This document shows, one piece after another, positions 37,046 to 50,737 of a DNA stretch of 64,000 bases. A program made the position numbers and the translations under genes. Position 1 is the first letter of the stretch; the number at the start of each line of letters is the position of its first letter. The DNA lies in the NCBI GenBank assembly GCA_013265495.1, contig MU058221.1:4218001-4282000 (forward strand), read 5' to 3'. This DNA is from Vicugna vicugna. Taxonomy: Eukaryota. The notes beneath the pieces are model-generated. The model was not told the DNA's origin. It saw only the letters and a list, made by a program, of their open reading frames with translations, and searched no databases.

Positions 37046-39797
37046 AGCAAACAGCAAACATAGCCTTAGTCTCAGATAAGCATAAACACTCACACTAAAG
37101 ACCTGTTTGCTTCAGTTCCTTTTCCCCAGTACATCATGTTTGACTTTTAGCAAAAACCTAAAAGGATGCTAAGAAACAAAACACAGAGTATGGGGAGACG
37201 AAGCAAGCATCAGAACTAGACTCAGATATGGCGGAGATTTTGGAATTGTCAGACAAAGAATTTAAAATAGCTATAACTAATAGACTAAATAGTTCTAGTA
37301 AAAAAAAATGAGACATTGTGCAAGAACAGATGAGTAATGAAAGCATTAAGTGGAAATTTTAAGAAAGAATCAAAACGAAGTGCTAGAAGTCAAAAACACC
37401 AGCAGAAATGAAGCCTGCCTCTGATGGGCTCACCAGTGGACCGAAAATCGTCAAGAAAAGAATCAGTGAGCTTGAATATATGTCAATGGAAACTTTCCAA
37501 ACTGAATGAAAAAGAGAAAAAAGAATGAGAAAAATGGAACAAAGTATCCAAGAACTAGGATAATTACAAAAGATGTAATATATATGTAATGGGAATACCA
37601 CAAAGAGACAACAGATCAGAAGAAATATTTGAAGTTATAATTGCTGAGAATTTTTCAAAATTCATTACAGACACCAAACCACAGGTTCAGAAGGTTCAGA
37701 GATCAAGCAGGATAAATACCACAAACGTCTATAATTAGCCTCATTATATTCCAACTGCAGTAAAGAAAATCTTGAAGAAAGCCAGTGGGAGCAAAAAGAC
37801 ATGCTTATAGAGGAACACAGATAAGAATTACAGTGGACTTCCTGTCATAGATCATGCAAGCAAGAAGAGAGTGGAGTGAAATATGCAAAGTATTGAAATT
37901 AAAAAAAAAAAACCTAGAATTCTGTATGCAGTGAATTATCCTTTAAAAAGTTAAGTAAAAATAACAACTTTATCAGATAAGAAAAAGAGAGAATTTGTTG
38001 CCAGTAGGCATGTCTTAACAGAAATAGTAAAAGCAGCCCTTCAGATAGAAAAAAATAAAATTATATAGTTCAGAAATGCAGATCTACATACAGAAGGGAA
38101 GAGCACTGGAGAAGGAAGGGATAAGTGAAGGCAAAATAAAAATTTTATTTTGTCTTATTCTTTACTGATATAACAGTTTGTTGAAAATAAGAACAGCAAT
38201 AATGTGTTGAGTGGTTATAGCTTATGGATAAGTGAAATGAATACAGCAATGTATTAAGACACAAGAAGAAGGATTCAGGATGTCCCTGTTATAACGTACC
38301 TGTGCTACCCATGAAGTGGGATAGTGTTATTTAAAAGTGGGCTTAGATTAATTGTAAATGTGTATTGCAAACTCCAGGGAAGCCACTAATCATTTTAAAA
38401 AGAAGAGCAATTGATACGTCAAGAGAAGAAAGAAAGTGGAATCATATAAATATATAAATAAAATACATACATACATACATGTAAAAACATATGTATTTAA
38501 AACCAAAGAAGACAGAAAAAGTGAATGACAGAAATATAAACAAAGAACAATGAAATCTGTTAGAAATACAGTAGATATTAATGCAACTATATCAATAATC
38601 ACTTTAAAGTTGAATAGTTTAAAGACAGGCTGTCAGAGTGGATAAAAAACAAGATCTGGCTTTATACTGTCTACAAAAAAATCCACTTTAAATCTAAAGA
38701 CACAGATAGATTAAAAGTAAAGGAAGCACATTTGACTGTCCTTTATGATTGGATTACTGCATTCTGTTGATTCTTATTTTGTAGTTGGCTTTATTCCTTT
38801 GATAACTATGGAAGTTTAAAAAGCTAATGCTCTAGTCTGTTCTTAGAAACAATGATCAGTGCATATATGTAAACTTAAAAATGTGTAATATACTGTATAT
38901 ATATATTCGCATACAATATAATGTGTATGTGCAATTGAACTGTAATAATTCTACCCAATAAAACTGAAACAGAAAAAAAAAAGGATGTATAAAAATAAAC
39001 CTTCCTAGCAATCATCAAAAGAAGCTGGAGTAGCTAAATTAATTTCAGACAAAGAAGGCTTTTGAGCAAGAAACATCATCAAGGATAAAGCAAAGCATTA
39101 CATAATGGTCAAGAAGTCAATTCACCAAGAAGACTTACAATCCTTAACATGTATGCACCTAACAACAGAGCACCAAAATACTAAAGGCAAAAACTAGTAC
39201 AACTCAATGAGAAATAAATCAATGTATGATAATAGTTGGAGACAGATCCAGCAGGCAGAAAAATAGCGAAGCTAAAGTTGAACTGACCAGTATTATCAAT
39301 TAATTAAATCTAATTGACATTTATGAAATACCTCATCCAACACATTCATCTCAAGCTCCCAAGGAGCACTAACCAAGATAGACCACATTCTGGGTCGTAA
39401 AACGCACCTTAACAAAATTAAAATTGTAAAAATCATAAAACCACAATGGAATTAAACTAGGAAAGAATAATAGAAAGAGTTGGGAAAATCCTAAAATAGT
39501 TGTAAATTAAACAACACATTTCTAAATAGCACATAGATCAAAGGATAGCTTGAGAAATTCTAAGTATTGCAAACTAAATGAAAATGAAAACACAACTTAT
39601 CAAAATGCCTAAGTTGCTGTGAAAGTGGTACTCAGAGGGAAATGGATAGCACTGAATGCATACATTAGAAGAAATATCTAAAATTAATCATCTAAACTTC
39701 CATCTTAGGAAATTGTAAAAAAAGAGCAAATTATATTCAAAGTAAGCAAAAGAAAAGTAACAATAAAAATAGAGCACAAATCAATGAAATTGAAACC
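37046..39797 (+). mobile_element. Old L1M (L1MC/MD-like): ORF1 through ORF2 endonuclease region, degenerate
   Basis: A-rich, with L1 ORF1 motifs (aacctagaattctgtat) and endonuclease motifs (atgtatgcacctaacaacagagc, caagatagaccacattctggg). Interrupted at 38725-38982. Confidence 0.85.
38725..38982 (+). pseudogene. Short polyadenylated retrocopy of an unidentified transcript 3' end
   Basis: Non-L1 sequence with AATAAA (38957-38962) and A10 (38973-38982), flanked by aaagga at 38719-38724 and 38980-38985. The host L1 resumes after it. Confidence 0.55.
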
Positions 39798-39799
39798 AT

Positions 39800-40097
39800 C
39801 ATTACAAGCGTTCTTACAACAGAGGGAAAGATTTTTGAGACACACAACCGGGAGACACACAGAGGAGGAAACGCAGAGCAAAGAGATGCATCCACAAACC
39901 AAAGAATGTTTACAGTCCCCAGAGGCTGGAGGAGGTTAAGAAATATATTCTCCCCTAGAGACTCAAGAGGGAATACATCCTTTTTGACACCTTGATTTTG
40001 GACTTTAGGCCTCCGGCACTATGACAAAATAAATGTCTTTTGTTTTAAGACACAACTTTGTGTTAATTTGTTACAGCAGCCACAGGAAACTAATACA
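39800..40097 (+). mobile_element. MLT1B/C-like MaLR LTR, 3' part
   Basis: attctcccctagag...gacaccttgattttggact...tttgttacagcagccacaggaaactaataca. Confidence 0.85.
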
Positions 40098-41189
40098 ATA
40101 TTCAACAGCTAATTTCTTTGGCAAAATTCCCAAAGAGAATACCATGCAGTTAGCCAAATAATAGCTAATGGCCTCAAGATACAGGAAATCTTTTAAGCTG
40201 AATTGTCAGCCTAAATGACAAATACTGGTCTGTCAGGATATTTCAGAAATCTTAAGTACTTTTCTGATGATGAGTTTTTTGGTTTTTTTTTTTTTTTAAT
40301 GAGAAGCTTTGATAAATGTCTGGGCTTCTTTTTTAAATTTATGTTGATTATACTGAATTGGCTCTTGGAAATTTCATCTACTTGTTTGAGTCCTGTCAAA
40401 CTGTACATACCACTGAGAGTAGGCTGGAGTATGAACAAAAGGAAGGTAGGTTTATGGTAGAGCTACGTCAGTTGTGAAAGTATTGTCAGCCAACTCAGAT
40501 AAATTGACTTATGTAATCCTCTGTTTGCAGCTTTGTGTTAATATATTTGTACCTGATTCCTGACTACATATTCCCTTGTCTGGGCACTCTCTTTGGTATA
40601 GGAGAAAACCAGAAAACTCTGTTTCCCTTTCCTTACTCAACATCGAAACTTCCACACTCAGCATTTTCAAGTCATATCATTCTGTTCTTACTGAAATTTT
40701 CTCACACCTCAAGGTCTGGTTCAAAGTCACAGCTATTTTGTGAAATTCACATAGACTTCACTATCTCCTAGTTGATGTTAACGAGATCACATTTTAGAGA
40801 GGAGTTCATCCTGTCTTCAAGTATCCACTTATTTATGTTTATCTATTTATTTTTCCCACCAGGCCAGTAATTCTCAATCTGGATAAGGGGTGAGATCCTA
40901 CAGAATGACATGGAAAGCCTTGTTTGTAGTTCTCTGCCTCCCCCAATCCCTGAAATTCTGATTCAGTAGATGGTTGACAGGAATGATCTCTCCAGGTAGC
41001 TCTGAAACTCCCCTCCCTTCCCACTCCCTTACTTTCAACTTTGTCTGCCTAGCATCTGAACGTTTTGCCTGAACAAAAGTAGGCAATAGGCATTCAATAA
41101 ATGCCTGTTATAGTGAACTAATCCACACAGATGGATTTTGTACTGCACGCTGATTTTTGTACCAGTAGATGCCAAGGAAATAAAACAGA

Positions 41190-41393
41190 AAGTCTCCAAC
41201 CTCAGTGAATTTAGATTTTAAAGTGTTTTTAAGGTTATAGGTCCCTTTGGAAAGCCTATCAAAGCTACTGATGGATTCATATTTTCAGATAAACATATAC
41301 CCAAGTTTGCATGTAAATTCAGGGGATTCCTAGTCTTCTGAAAATTATTCTTGAACCCTCTAAGGATACAAGGACCTCAAGTTAGGAGCCCTA
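41190..41393. mobile_element. MER103-like hAT fragment
   Basis: ccctttggaaagcctatcaaagcta...tttgcatgtaaattcaggggattc...caagttaggagcccta. Confidence 0.5.
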
Positions 41394-44300
41394 GGTAAAG
41401 CATAATGTAGAAGATGCATTATGTGGAGAGCATTCAGCAACTATTCATTTAGTTAGTTAATCCATTAACTACCTACCTATGTATGCTATAGATGTTATAT
41501 AAACATATACACTCATCCCCTGAGGTGTCTGCAGCTGTCCCTAGACTTTGAGTTGAAATCATGAAGGATACATATATTTTCCTATGACTAGTGCCTTGGT
41601 ATCTCTGCTGGTGACAAATTATAGAGTGAATATATTTAGAAAAACAACATGAAAGAAAAAAAAAAAGAAAACTACGCAAGAAACAAGTCAGAGGTGAACT
41701 GTCATTTCTTTTGGGGAAAAAAAAAAAACAACAGAATGACCACTCTTATCATCGAGAAAACATAAATCCTTAATCATTCTCCTCTCACTACCCTAAGTTC
41801 CCAAGGAAAATAAAGAGACAATTGTCCAGGCAAAATTGTTTCATTTCAATCAGATATATTTCTCAAACAATATTAGACTTTCTTAGCTGGTTAGACAAGG
41901 CCTCATAAAGCTATAAAGTAGGCTTTGGCCCAAAGTGAATGAGCCTAGAGGTGGACTCAAAGCCAGCAAGTTGGCTTTATTCGCTCCTTCTCCCGAGACC
42001 ACACCCAATTCTCAATTCTCTGATCTGCACTTAGCATCTCAATGCTGGAAAAAAAAAGTCCAGGGTAAAGAATGGAAGAATGAGGGGTCTTACTTGAAGA
42101 CCTGACCTGTAGGACTTAGGCTACTTTCATGCCTCCTCTCCTTGGGAGGGGCTATGATTCTCACTGGCTCGTCCTTCTAAACTAAAAATTACCCTGCAGT
42201 CTTTTATTATCCATTTGTAAGGAAGAGAGAGAAGACATCATAGAGATGAACCCCAAAGGGTTCCAAAGAGGGACACTCAACCTTAGGACTCAGATCACTA
42301 ACCCTTCCCTTCATCACATGACTAACTTTAGCACAGCCCAGTGGTCTGGTAATGATCCTTAAACTTGAACTCAGGAAAAAAGACCAGAGGCGAAACTTGA
42401 ACCTAATGACTGCCAATCGTCTACCCAGTACACCTGGTTCATAATAGCTGAAACTGAAATCCAGATATCTGGATAATCAGCCAGCACTATTTCTATCCTA
42501 CTATAAATTTTAGTCTTTATGATTACAAGACATGAGGTGCATTATCATTGTTGGAATAAAAACCATTTCTGGAAAAAAACAACTTTATCTTCAGTTGGGT
42601 ATTGCTTAGCACAGTAACTCATTCCTTTGTATCCCAGATCTTTGTTTTTCACCTTGAAGTAGCACTTATTTAATCTTATATTTTCCCACCAATTAGAGTT
42701 AAACTTCCACAGGGCAGCATTTACATCTGATTCATCTTAGAATATCTAGCACCGTCTTTTGCACATACTAGGCATTGAGTAAAAGACTTAAATTGGAATG
42801 AGCACACACGAGTAGGAAACCTTAACAAAAACAAAATATTTTCCCCAACATTTCACAAGCCCAATTAATTGGTTTAACTGATTTATGTTCCAGTGAGTAA
42901 GTCGATGTATCTATACATCTTAAGCCATACATGGTTGAAAAACGTCTTCCCAAAGCAGCTAAAACATTACAGACTATACATTGCTCAAATATCAAATATT
43001 TGACATCCGGATTTTAGACTAAATTTTTCTATTTCCCTTAAGAACACTGGGTGACATATACATTCTCAAAGTCAGTAGGAAAAACAGAGACAACAGACAA
43101 CCACCACCAACAAAAGCCAGCCTCTGATCCTGCGAAGAACGTCTCAGCCAGAACACAGAGGTCTTCATCATCTCTGGGCACCAGTTCACTTTCTAACACG
43201 TGCAGGTCCTCAGCAAAAATATCAAACAAGACAAAAGTGCGAAAAGGAAAAGTGAGTTGCCTCCCCCTCACTTGACTTCTCAGTTCTGTAACAACAGTTC
43301 CCGTAGGAAAACACACATTAAGCTGTTTGCTGTAACCTTTCCTGATTCTCCTGCAGATGTTATTCGAATCTAGAACACAAAAAACAGCCTGGGAGGGAAG
43401 CCTGACACTTCTGCCCCAGCCTCAGTCAGAGGCAAGATTTACCGAGGAGCCTCTAGACTCTTTTTGGCCATAATCTCACATGTAAGTCAAGGGTCAGCCA
43501 TGGCCAGCCCTTCAACATTAACAAATCACTATTATGGCTGTCATAAATCAGTCATCGTGCTGAGGGAAATTCCATCTGTCATTATACAAATATCTATTGA
43601 GTTCCTTTCTATAGTCACTGAATAAAACTAGACTTTACATGTGCAAAAATGAAACAAAGGATAAACTGACTCAAGAAAGATTTCTGTTTCTGAACAATCT
43701 ACCTCCCAGATGTGAGTGCATCTGTCTGTTTGGAACCCCCTTAACTCCCACCTTTGCTAACCTCCATAAAAATGATTCCTTACCAGCCTTGATAGCTGAT
43801 ACATGTCAAATGCCTCTGCCTGCCTGGACAACTTTTGTAAAGCAATTTGAATGTCCAAACTACATGATGGATGCTCTTTCTTGTAAACGCAATGGTTTAT
43901 TGAAAAGATGAATGACTAGGTTGTCAGCAGAGGTTGTACCACGCTGTCTTCAGGACAGCCCAGCAGGCTGTCTGCCCTATCCCAGGAGGAGATGTTTGCC
44001 CAGTCCCAAGTTTTCTACTTAGGAATTCTAAGGGTTTGGCAGAAATTATGGGTGTCTTCCCGCCAGCTGACCACAAGGGAAAGACTGCTACAGTCACTGC
44101 ACGTGGCCCATGGGATATTTTCTTTGACAGTTGATTTTCTTGTTTTATTGCAACATGTATCTGAATGAGCTTGGTTTCCCCACTCAGACCTTTTAGCTCA
44201 CTGCAGCCTTGACATACACAAAATCTGGCTTTAGCAATGGCTGTAAATGCTTCCTCTGCTTTCTTTCCTGGGTATCCAAACAAGGTAACGTGGCACATTT

Positions 44301-47091
44301 GCTGAGCTACTTAAAAATTTTCCTACACGGTGACTAAGTGCTACTGCCCATTTTAAAGCCACTCCAGTGCCCATAGAGGGCTGTCGTACAAATCAGTATT
44401 GCTAATCTCACTAGACTGCCGGACACGCTGCGGATTCACCGCAGCAAACATCTGCTGAATAGAGAGAAAAGCAACAGTTTCCTCTGGAATCAGGCAGTCT
44501 TTTGCATCTTGTTTTTTTTTTTTTTTTTTTACTTCTCCTCTGCCCCAATTTAAAATGTAAATGACCAGAAGTCAGAATGCAGACACTTGTCACCAAATGC
44601 CACCTGCCACGTTCCAAGAGCCCATCTGCTCCATTTGATACCCTGACCAGCTACTACATACAAATTCTTACCCAGGAGTCACTTTTGAGTTGATCTGAGT
44701 TATCTCCAATTTGCTAAGTCAGCTTTCCCAGGTAGTCACCCTTGTGAATGTACCAGTAATTGATATGTCACAGTCACTTCCCTCCCTTCCAGGACTGACA
44801 TGCAGACTTTCATTCCATTGTCATTAGACTAAGACCTACCTATCCAATTTCAAATATCATCAGAATGTGGTGTCATCTTGGAAACCAGAGTAAAATGGGG
44901 GGAGGAAACACGGAGACATCTGTACATTCAATGCCAGCCAGGCAGAATCCTTCAGCAAGCTTTGCATCCCAAGGAAAGACACATACTATCAGCAGAATGA
45001 GAGGGGCCAAAAAAACAAACAAACAAACAAAAACAACCCTTCATTAGTTACCTGATTTGATGAAGTGGACTTGAGATAAGATGCCTAATCTGGTCCCTAT
45101 GAAATCTGTTTCTCATCGCTCATTATATTCACACACCATCTTCCAGTTTGACTAACGCAAATACCAAGATACCCTGTGCTCAGGACGCCGGTGGGTGAGA
45201 GAAGATTCAGGCTTCTGGGGCCTGAGAATTCCAATTGGTATTGAAACTTCTCTTGGTTTTGTTCCCTCCAAACATTATCAATGCCCTTCCTGACATCTCA
45301 CCAATTTCAGGCATGAATAAGCTGTTCTCTGTCTCTGGGGCACATAAGAAAAATATTGGGGAAAGCTATGCTGTTTAATAATAAATTCAATGCTTCTACC
45401 CTCATTGTATCAGAGGATTTTTTAAATGTTAAAACACTTTGTAAAATTAAGAGTGTGTTTTTTGAGAAGCTCTCAATTTTTCCTTCATTCTGTGTTTGGG
45501 AGCCTCTGGTTCTATCTAATTAGATCATTTGGAACCACTGCAGAGCCTTATCCTTGACTGATCACCCTCTATTCTTTATCCACTGACAGATTAACCTTTT
45601 CTTGAGAAACATCAGCATTAACATCAAGATCCATAATTAAGTTGATGATAAAAACCTTCTCTTTAGACCTTCAGATCACTTCCACTTGGTTTGTACAAAT
45701 ACAGCTAAGACATTTGTTTTCATCTTCACCTTGTCCTTTGACTTTGACCAGACCTTACCATCTTTTAAATAGCCGTCCAATGCTCCCTCCTGCCCCCTTA
45801 CATGTGTGTGAGCTACAGTAAAGGTGAAAAAAAATGGCATGTCTTAGGGATAAGCAAAAGGGAATTCTTTCATTCACTAAACTTGCTTTGTAGCCTTCTT
45901 CCTCCCCAGCCATGGCTGGGAATCTCAGCTAGGACTCTGGGCTTTTATTCCTTTTTTTTCTTTTTTTTTAAGTAAAGCATATATGTAAGAACTAGATTAA
46001 TTATAATTCTTGGTTCATGACCCATTATTGCTTCATGTGTGTGCTTTTTTATTGTGTTACATTACATGTTACATGTAGTCATTTATGTTAATAAGATAAT
46101 AAACTTCCACAATCTGTATTAGGGAGGAACAATTCTGATTCCATATTATATCGTTCTTTTAGCTCCAACCCTGTGCTCTGTCTACTGTGCTGAGTCATGC
46201 TGGTTCTGCACTTTTTGTAAAAGAGCGTTGCCTACAACCTGAAATATACAGGAGAGCCCGCGCTCAGGCTCTGACCTTTCAGGGTATAACCCTTCTCTAT
46301 TACTAGCACTTTCATCCCTGAAGCAGATCTCAGATAGAAATCCAAAGATGGTTCCTTCTAATTCAACTCCCACGTCACATCCAATACCATTCCTGCCCAT
46401 TCTATCTTCTCAACTGCTCTCTTTGTTCTCCTCTCTTCATTCCTTCTATCTCTTTATCCACTGTCTTCTCACCTGTTTCCCACCTTGTTTCGTAGACTGA
46501 TGTCTGTCTTTTATTCTATGGATCAGTCAATTTTTATCAACGCACATCTGATCTTGTTACCTCTTTGGAAGCTCCAGATTGGGTACATGCCAAGATACAC
46601 AAGGTCCTTAATTATTTCCCTCCCAACCTATCACTACATGCTGATCACTCAGCACAACCTCCATAAACCCCATACAGTTTTTATGATGCATTATCATTCT
46701 GTTGCATTTTCTGGAATGACCACCTCACCTGTCCTTCAAACAGGTTCTTAGTTTGTGTTCTCTCAGAAGCAGGATCTCAGAAAAGAATTTTTGTTGTAAG
46801 AAAATACTATAAAAGTCTTTGAAGTGGGAAAAATCCAAAAAGACCATTAGGTGCCCTGTCTAGCATACTCTCCTGGGTTATTGCCAACTTTCATCATTTT
46901 TGAGCTGTCAGTTGTAGAAAACTGTTAGTTGTACAAATGATTCTTGTTCACATATGCATAGATTGTGTCCAGTGGAATGTAATTGATTACTGTCCTGTAG
47001 ATATTGACCAGTTCTGCCAGTTTTGCATCTATTTACATATTTATTTCCCAGCATTCCTTATCTGGCATCTATATGTAATAATCGTACTGAA

Positions 47092-47281
47092 TAGGACTGT
47101 CCTATTTAGCAAATCAAAATAACAAGATACCCAGTTGTATTTAAGTTTCAAATAAACAATTATCTTAAGCATGAGCATGGTCTCATGCAATATTTGGGAT
47201 ATACTTATACTGAGAAATTATAAGCTGTTGATCTGAAATTCAAACTCAACTGAGCATCCTGTGTTTTATCTGGCAATTCTA
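47092..47281. mobile_element. MER53-like hAT element
   Basis: atttagcaaat...cccagtt...atgcaatatttgggatatacttatact...tctgaaattcaaactcaactg...ttttatctggcaa. Confidence 0.8.
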
Positions 47282-47419
47282 CTTTTGCTTCAGTTGTGAC
47301 ATCTTACCAGCTCCTGCATTCCCCTCATTAATTAATAAATTAAATAGACTCTTTGCTATGTCATCATTTTACAGTTGTATGAGAGCCTTGGTTTTACTTA
47401 AAAAAAAAAATCATCCCAC

Positions 47420-47850
47420 AACAGCATGCAAGTGGTTTATCTGGGAAGTAGGAAAACAGGGGAGTGAAACAGGAAAGGGAAGTCAGCTAATAAGTGGACA
47501 TTATAAAGCCAGCTATGACTGTGGGTGAGTTTACTCTGCCTAGGGAACCCCAATCAGTGTGGTAGACATTTCTCAGGATCATCTCACCCATGGGTATAGG
47601 AAGTGTATTTATCCATCAACTCCTGTACTTACCACACCATCCCAGACCTCTTATCTATGATTGAAGGCTGCTTGGGAGAGTGTGTTAACTCCCAGCATGT
47701 CCAGTCTGTCATGTGTGTGGCCAAAGAGCCGGCTCTAATGACACCTGAGCTGGTATGCACTGATGTTGTAAAGGCAAAAATATATATATATAGGCAGGCT
47801 ACCAGCAGCTTCAGCTGCACTGGCCAAGTGCACACATCCCTCAAGATAAC
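47420..47850 (-). mobile_element. LTR16-family ERVL LTR fragment
   Basis: tgcaagtggtttatctgggaag...gagtgaaacaggaaaggga...gtatttatccatcaactcc. Confidence 0.55.
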
Positions 47851-50737
47851 CACAAATGCCACTTTCCCTATGACATCTTTGTTAGTTTCCAAGAGCGATT
47901 AACCATCCTTGCCTTAGTGACCTCCTCATGCTTCATAAATACGTCTGTTAATGGGAGCTTTGACAGATACTGCACTTACATCTGTGTCTCCTCCAAATAG
48001 ATCACAAACTTCTGAAGGACAGAGATTAAGTCTTATTGGTATTTATAACCCCAATTCCTGGTTAAATAATTAGAAAGTTTTACTGAATGAATGATTAAGC
48101 AAGTGAGTGAATGAATTTATAGCAATTTGGGGTAAGAGAAAACTGGAGAAGGCTTCGGCACAGTTATGTCTCAGCAGGGTCTTGAAGGATAATAAAGAGT
48201 CTACCAAGATAGAGAAGTTACTTCAAGCAAGGAAATCATTAGAAGCAAATGAATGAAGAGAAAGGATTTATATTCAGGAAGATGTTGTTTGCGCTTTTCA
48301 ATAGCAACCATTTATCTTTTCCTATATACATTGAGTGCTTTTCCGCTCTTGTTCCTGAAGCCTTTTAAAAATCCACCCTCCAGGAAGGTCTTTTTAAAAC
48401 ATGACAGAGCTATACTGTGAGAATCCTTCCCACAGCTTCTGCCAGAGTGAATATAACCCAAAAGCACCAGCAAATGTTTCATCTGAAGCAATTCAGTGTT
48501 GAAATGCACTAACACTACTGTCATTTCCCTCCAAAGAGGTCACCATTGCATTGTATCTTCTATGCAATTAAAATTTTTACACCACCTTCAAGATTGGTGT
48601 TATATACAAACTAAATAATTAAAGGCATTCTCTTTAGAATCCCCTACTAGGAAAGTCTCAAAAAAAATTCTCCCTTTTATCCTGGTATAATATTAGAGTT
48701 CCCAGTGTATTAAATGACTTGTCTTGTCAACCTAATAATGAAAGTGTGAATACCTCTGTCGTTCATTCCCGGGGTTCACAGAATTTTTTTTTTAACTTTA
48801 AAAGATGGAAGATGAAAAATAAACAGAGCTGTGCAGGCTGGCCAATTAAGAACTACAGGAATCTGTGAGCTATCTGGATAAGCACAACTGAGGTGATTAA
48901 TAGTTGATTAAGGTCACTGAAAACAAATACTTTGGCATCAATCAGGAAATGTTAACTGGGAACTTAAGATTTATGAAATAGCTCTAATTACATAAAGGAA
49001 AGCCAATGCCCCCTCTAGGAAGCAATGGAGAATGTGGAAGGCATTCTGGGCTTCATCAGCAAGCATACCAGGTCCTTTGATAATCAGGTTTGACCAATGG
49101 GAGAAGACCGGAAGCCAAGACTGTGTGGCTGAAGCTTATGAACAAAAACACAGTCAACAAATGGTCCTTGATGGACTAATCATGAGTTTAATAAACTTAA
49201 TACAGGAATGTGGAAAACCCAGTCTTGATCTGGGGGAAGCATCCATGTCTAGCACAGAGGAACTGTTTGAGCATTCATGTGTTGCTTGTTGTGGTCAAGT
49301 TCTGATGAGGAAACCCACTGTGAATCTGCTAGATTCATTTATTCTGTAGCTTGTCACCAGCCAGTAGACACTGTCCAAACTTCACGTCTAAGAGATGAGC
49401 ATTACGAGAGTTCATGGCAGGATTATTTTAGGGTTTTGGCAAGATGTTTTTTACTGGAGACAGACTTGACCTGGGATATCTGATCCATTTTCTCCCCTTG
49501 TTATTCTCTGTGAACTTCAATTTGCTTACCAATAAAGTGGAAATTTTAATAGATTATAATAATCTATAGGATTATTTGAGTATTAAATCATCCCAGTATG
49601 AAAATCCCTTAGCTCAGTGTCTGGAAAATTGTAAGTGCTCAATAATGTATTTTTTTCTCCCTGCTTCTCTAAATCCCAGAAAATTAAGACAGATGAAAAA
49701 TGATTTTGATTTGGCCAAAAAAGGTGAGTTTTGTAATCTATGGCTGTCTGAAGTTTCTGTGCGAGCAGACTGTAATAGTCCTCTAACCTTTAACAGCAGG
49801 ACTAATGTTACACTTGACCTACAGATAGAGGTTAGAAATACCAAATGCATTGCCTTCTTTAACCAGAATTAAATTATAAACTGGAGCTGAGATTGCTAAA
49901 AGAAAAAAAAAAAGAGAGAGATCTCTTGGAAGGTGAAAGATGTTTGAATTACTGATCTCTGTATACAAATTTGAACACACATGAGTAAAATAATACTAAA
50001 GGGTAATAAACAAGAAAAAAAATGTCCTTGTTTCACTCTTCTTACTTGGCAAAATAAGTTGGACTCAGATGTAGGTAAATTACAATAATTTTTTACCTGT
50101 GTTTTGATAAACAGACTCAAAGTAAAATACTCTCCAAGTGATGTTTCAAGAAAATCTATGCAGAGATCCTCGTTGAAACATTATGAATTGGGGGATAAAG
50201 AGTTCAGCTCCAAATAGTGGAGGATGCCTTGTCCAGGAACTGAGAAATGGTTCTGGCTAATTGTGAGTGAATTAGATCAATGTAATGATCAGCATCGTTA
50301 GCACTGGGACAACAGCATCAACATTTCAGAAGACACTACTCAGCCCACATTCTATTTCTGGACTTTCCCTTCCCACAAAAGTTCTACTAAGGTGAGCTTT
50401 TTACTTCCAGTCCTCCATTGACTAAACAAATACAATTTCCTGGGTCAGATGTCGTGTGCTTTACAGATAGTGACGTTGCTCTGGGAAAGCGGATGGCTGA
50501 TTGAATCATACCAGTATCCAAAACAATAGAAATAAAGTGACCATTCGAAGAAAAGTTTAATTAATAACACTAAAACTAAAAATGGTTACTATTTTTGGCA
50601 CCTACTGTGAGCAGGCACCATATTAAAAATTTTAAGATCTTATTTACAATCCTCCCACAGAAAGTATTATTATTTGTAAATTATAGAAGATAAAGATTGG
50701 TAAATGGTTTATTACTCTATTAAAAATGGTTCGGTTG

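Noticed and set aside
43038..43316. Acidic, protein-like minus-strand ORF
   Set aside because: Weak GAG acceptor, no donor and no family that I recognise.
44427..44445. Hairpin gctgcgg-attca-ccgcagc
   Set aside because: A 7-bp stem is expected by chance in 64 kb and has no supporting context.
49032..49483. Overlapping ORFs and a minus-strand LGFPHSCIKFIKLM resembling LINE reverse transcriptase
   Set aside because: The neighbouring RT motifs are absent, so the similarity is too weak to call.
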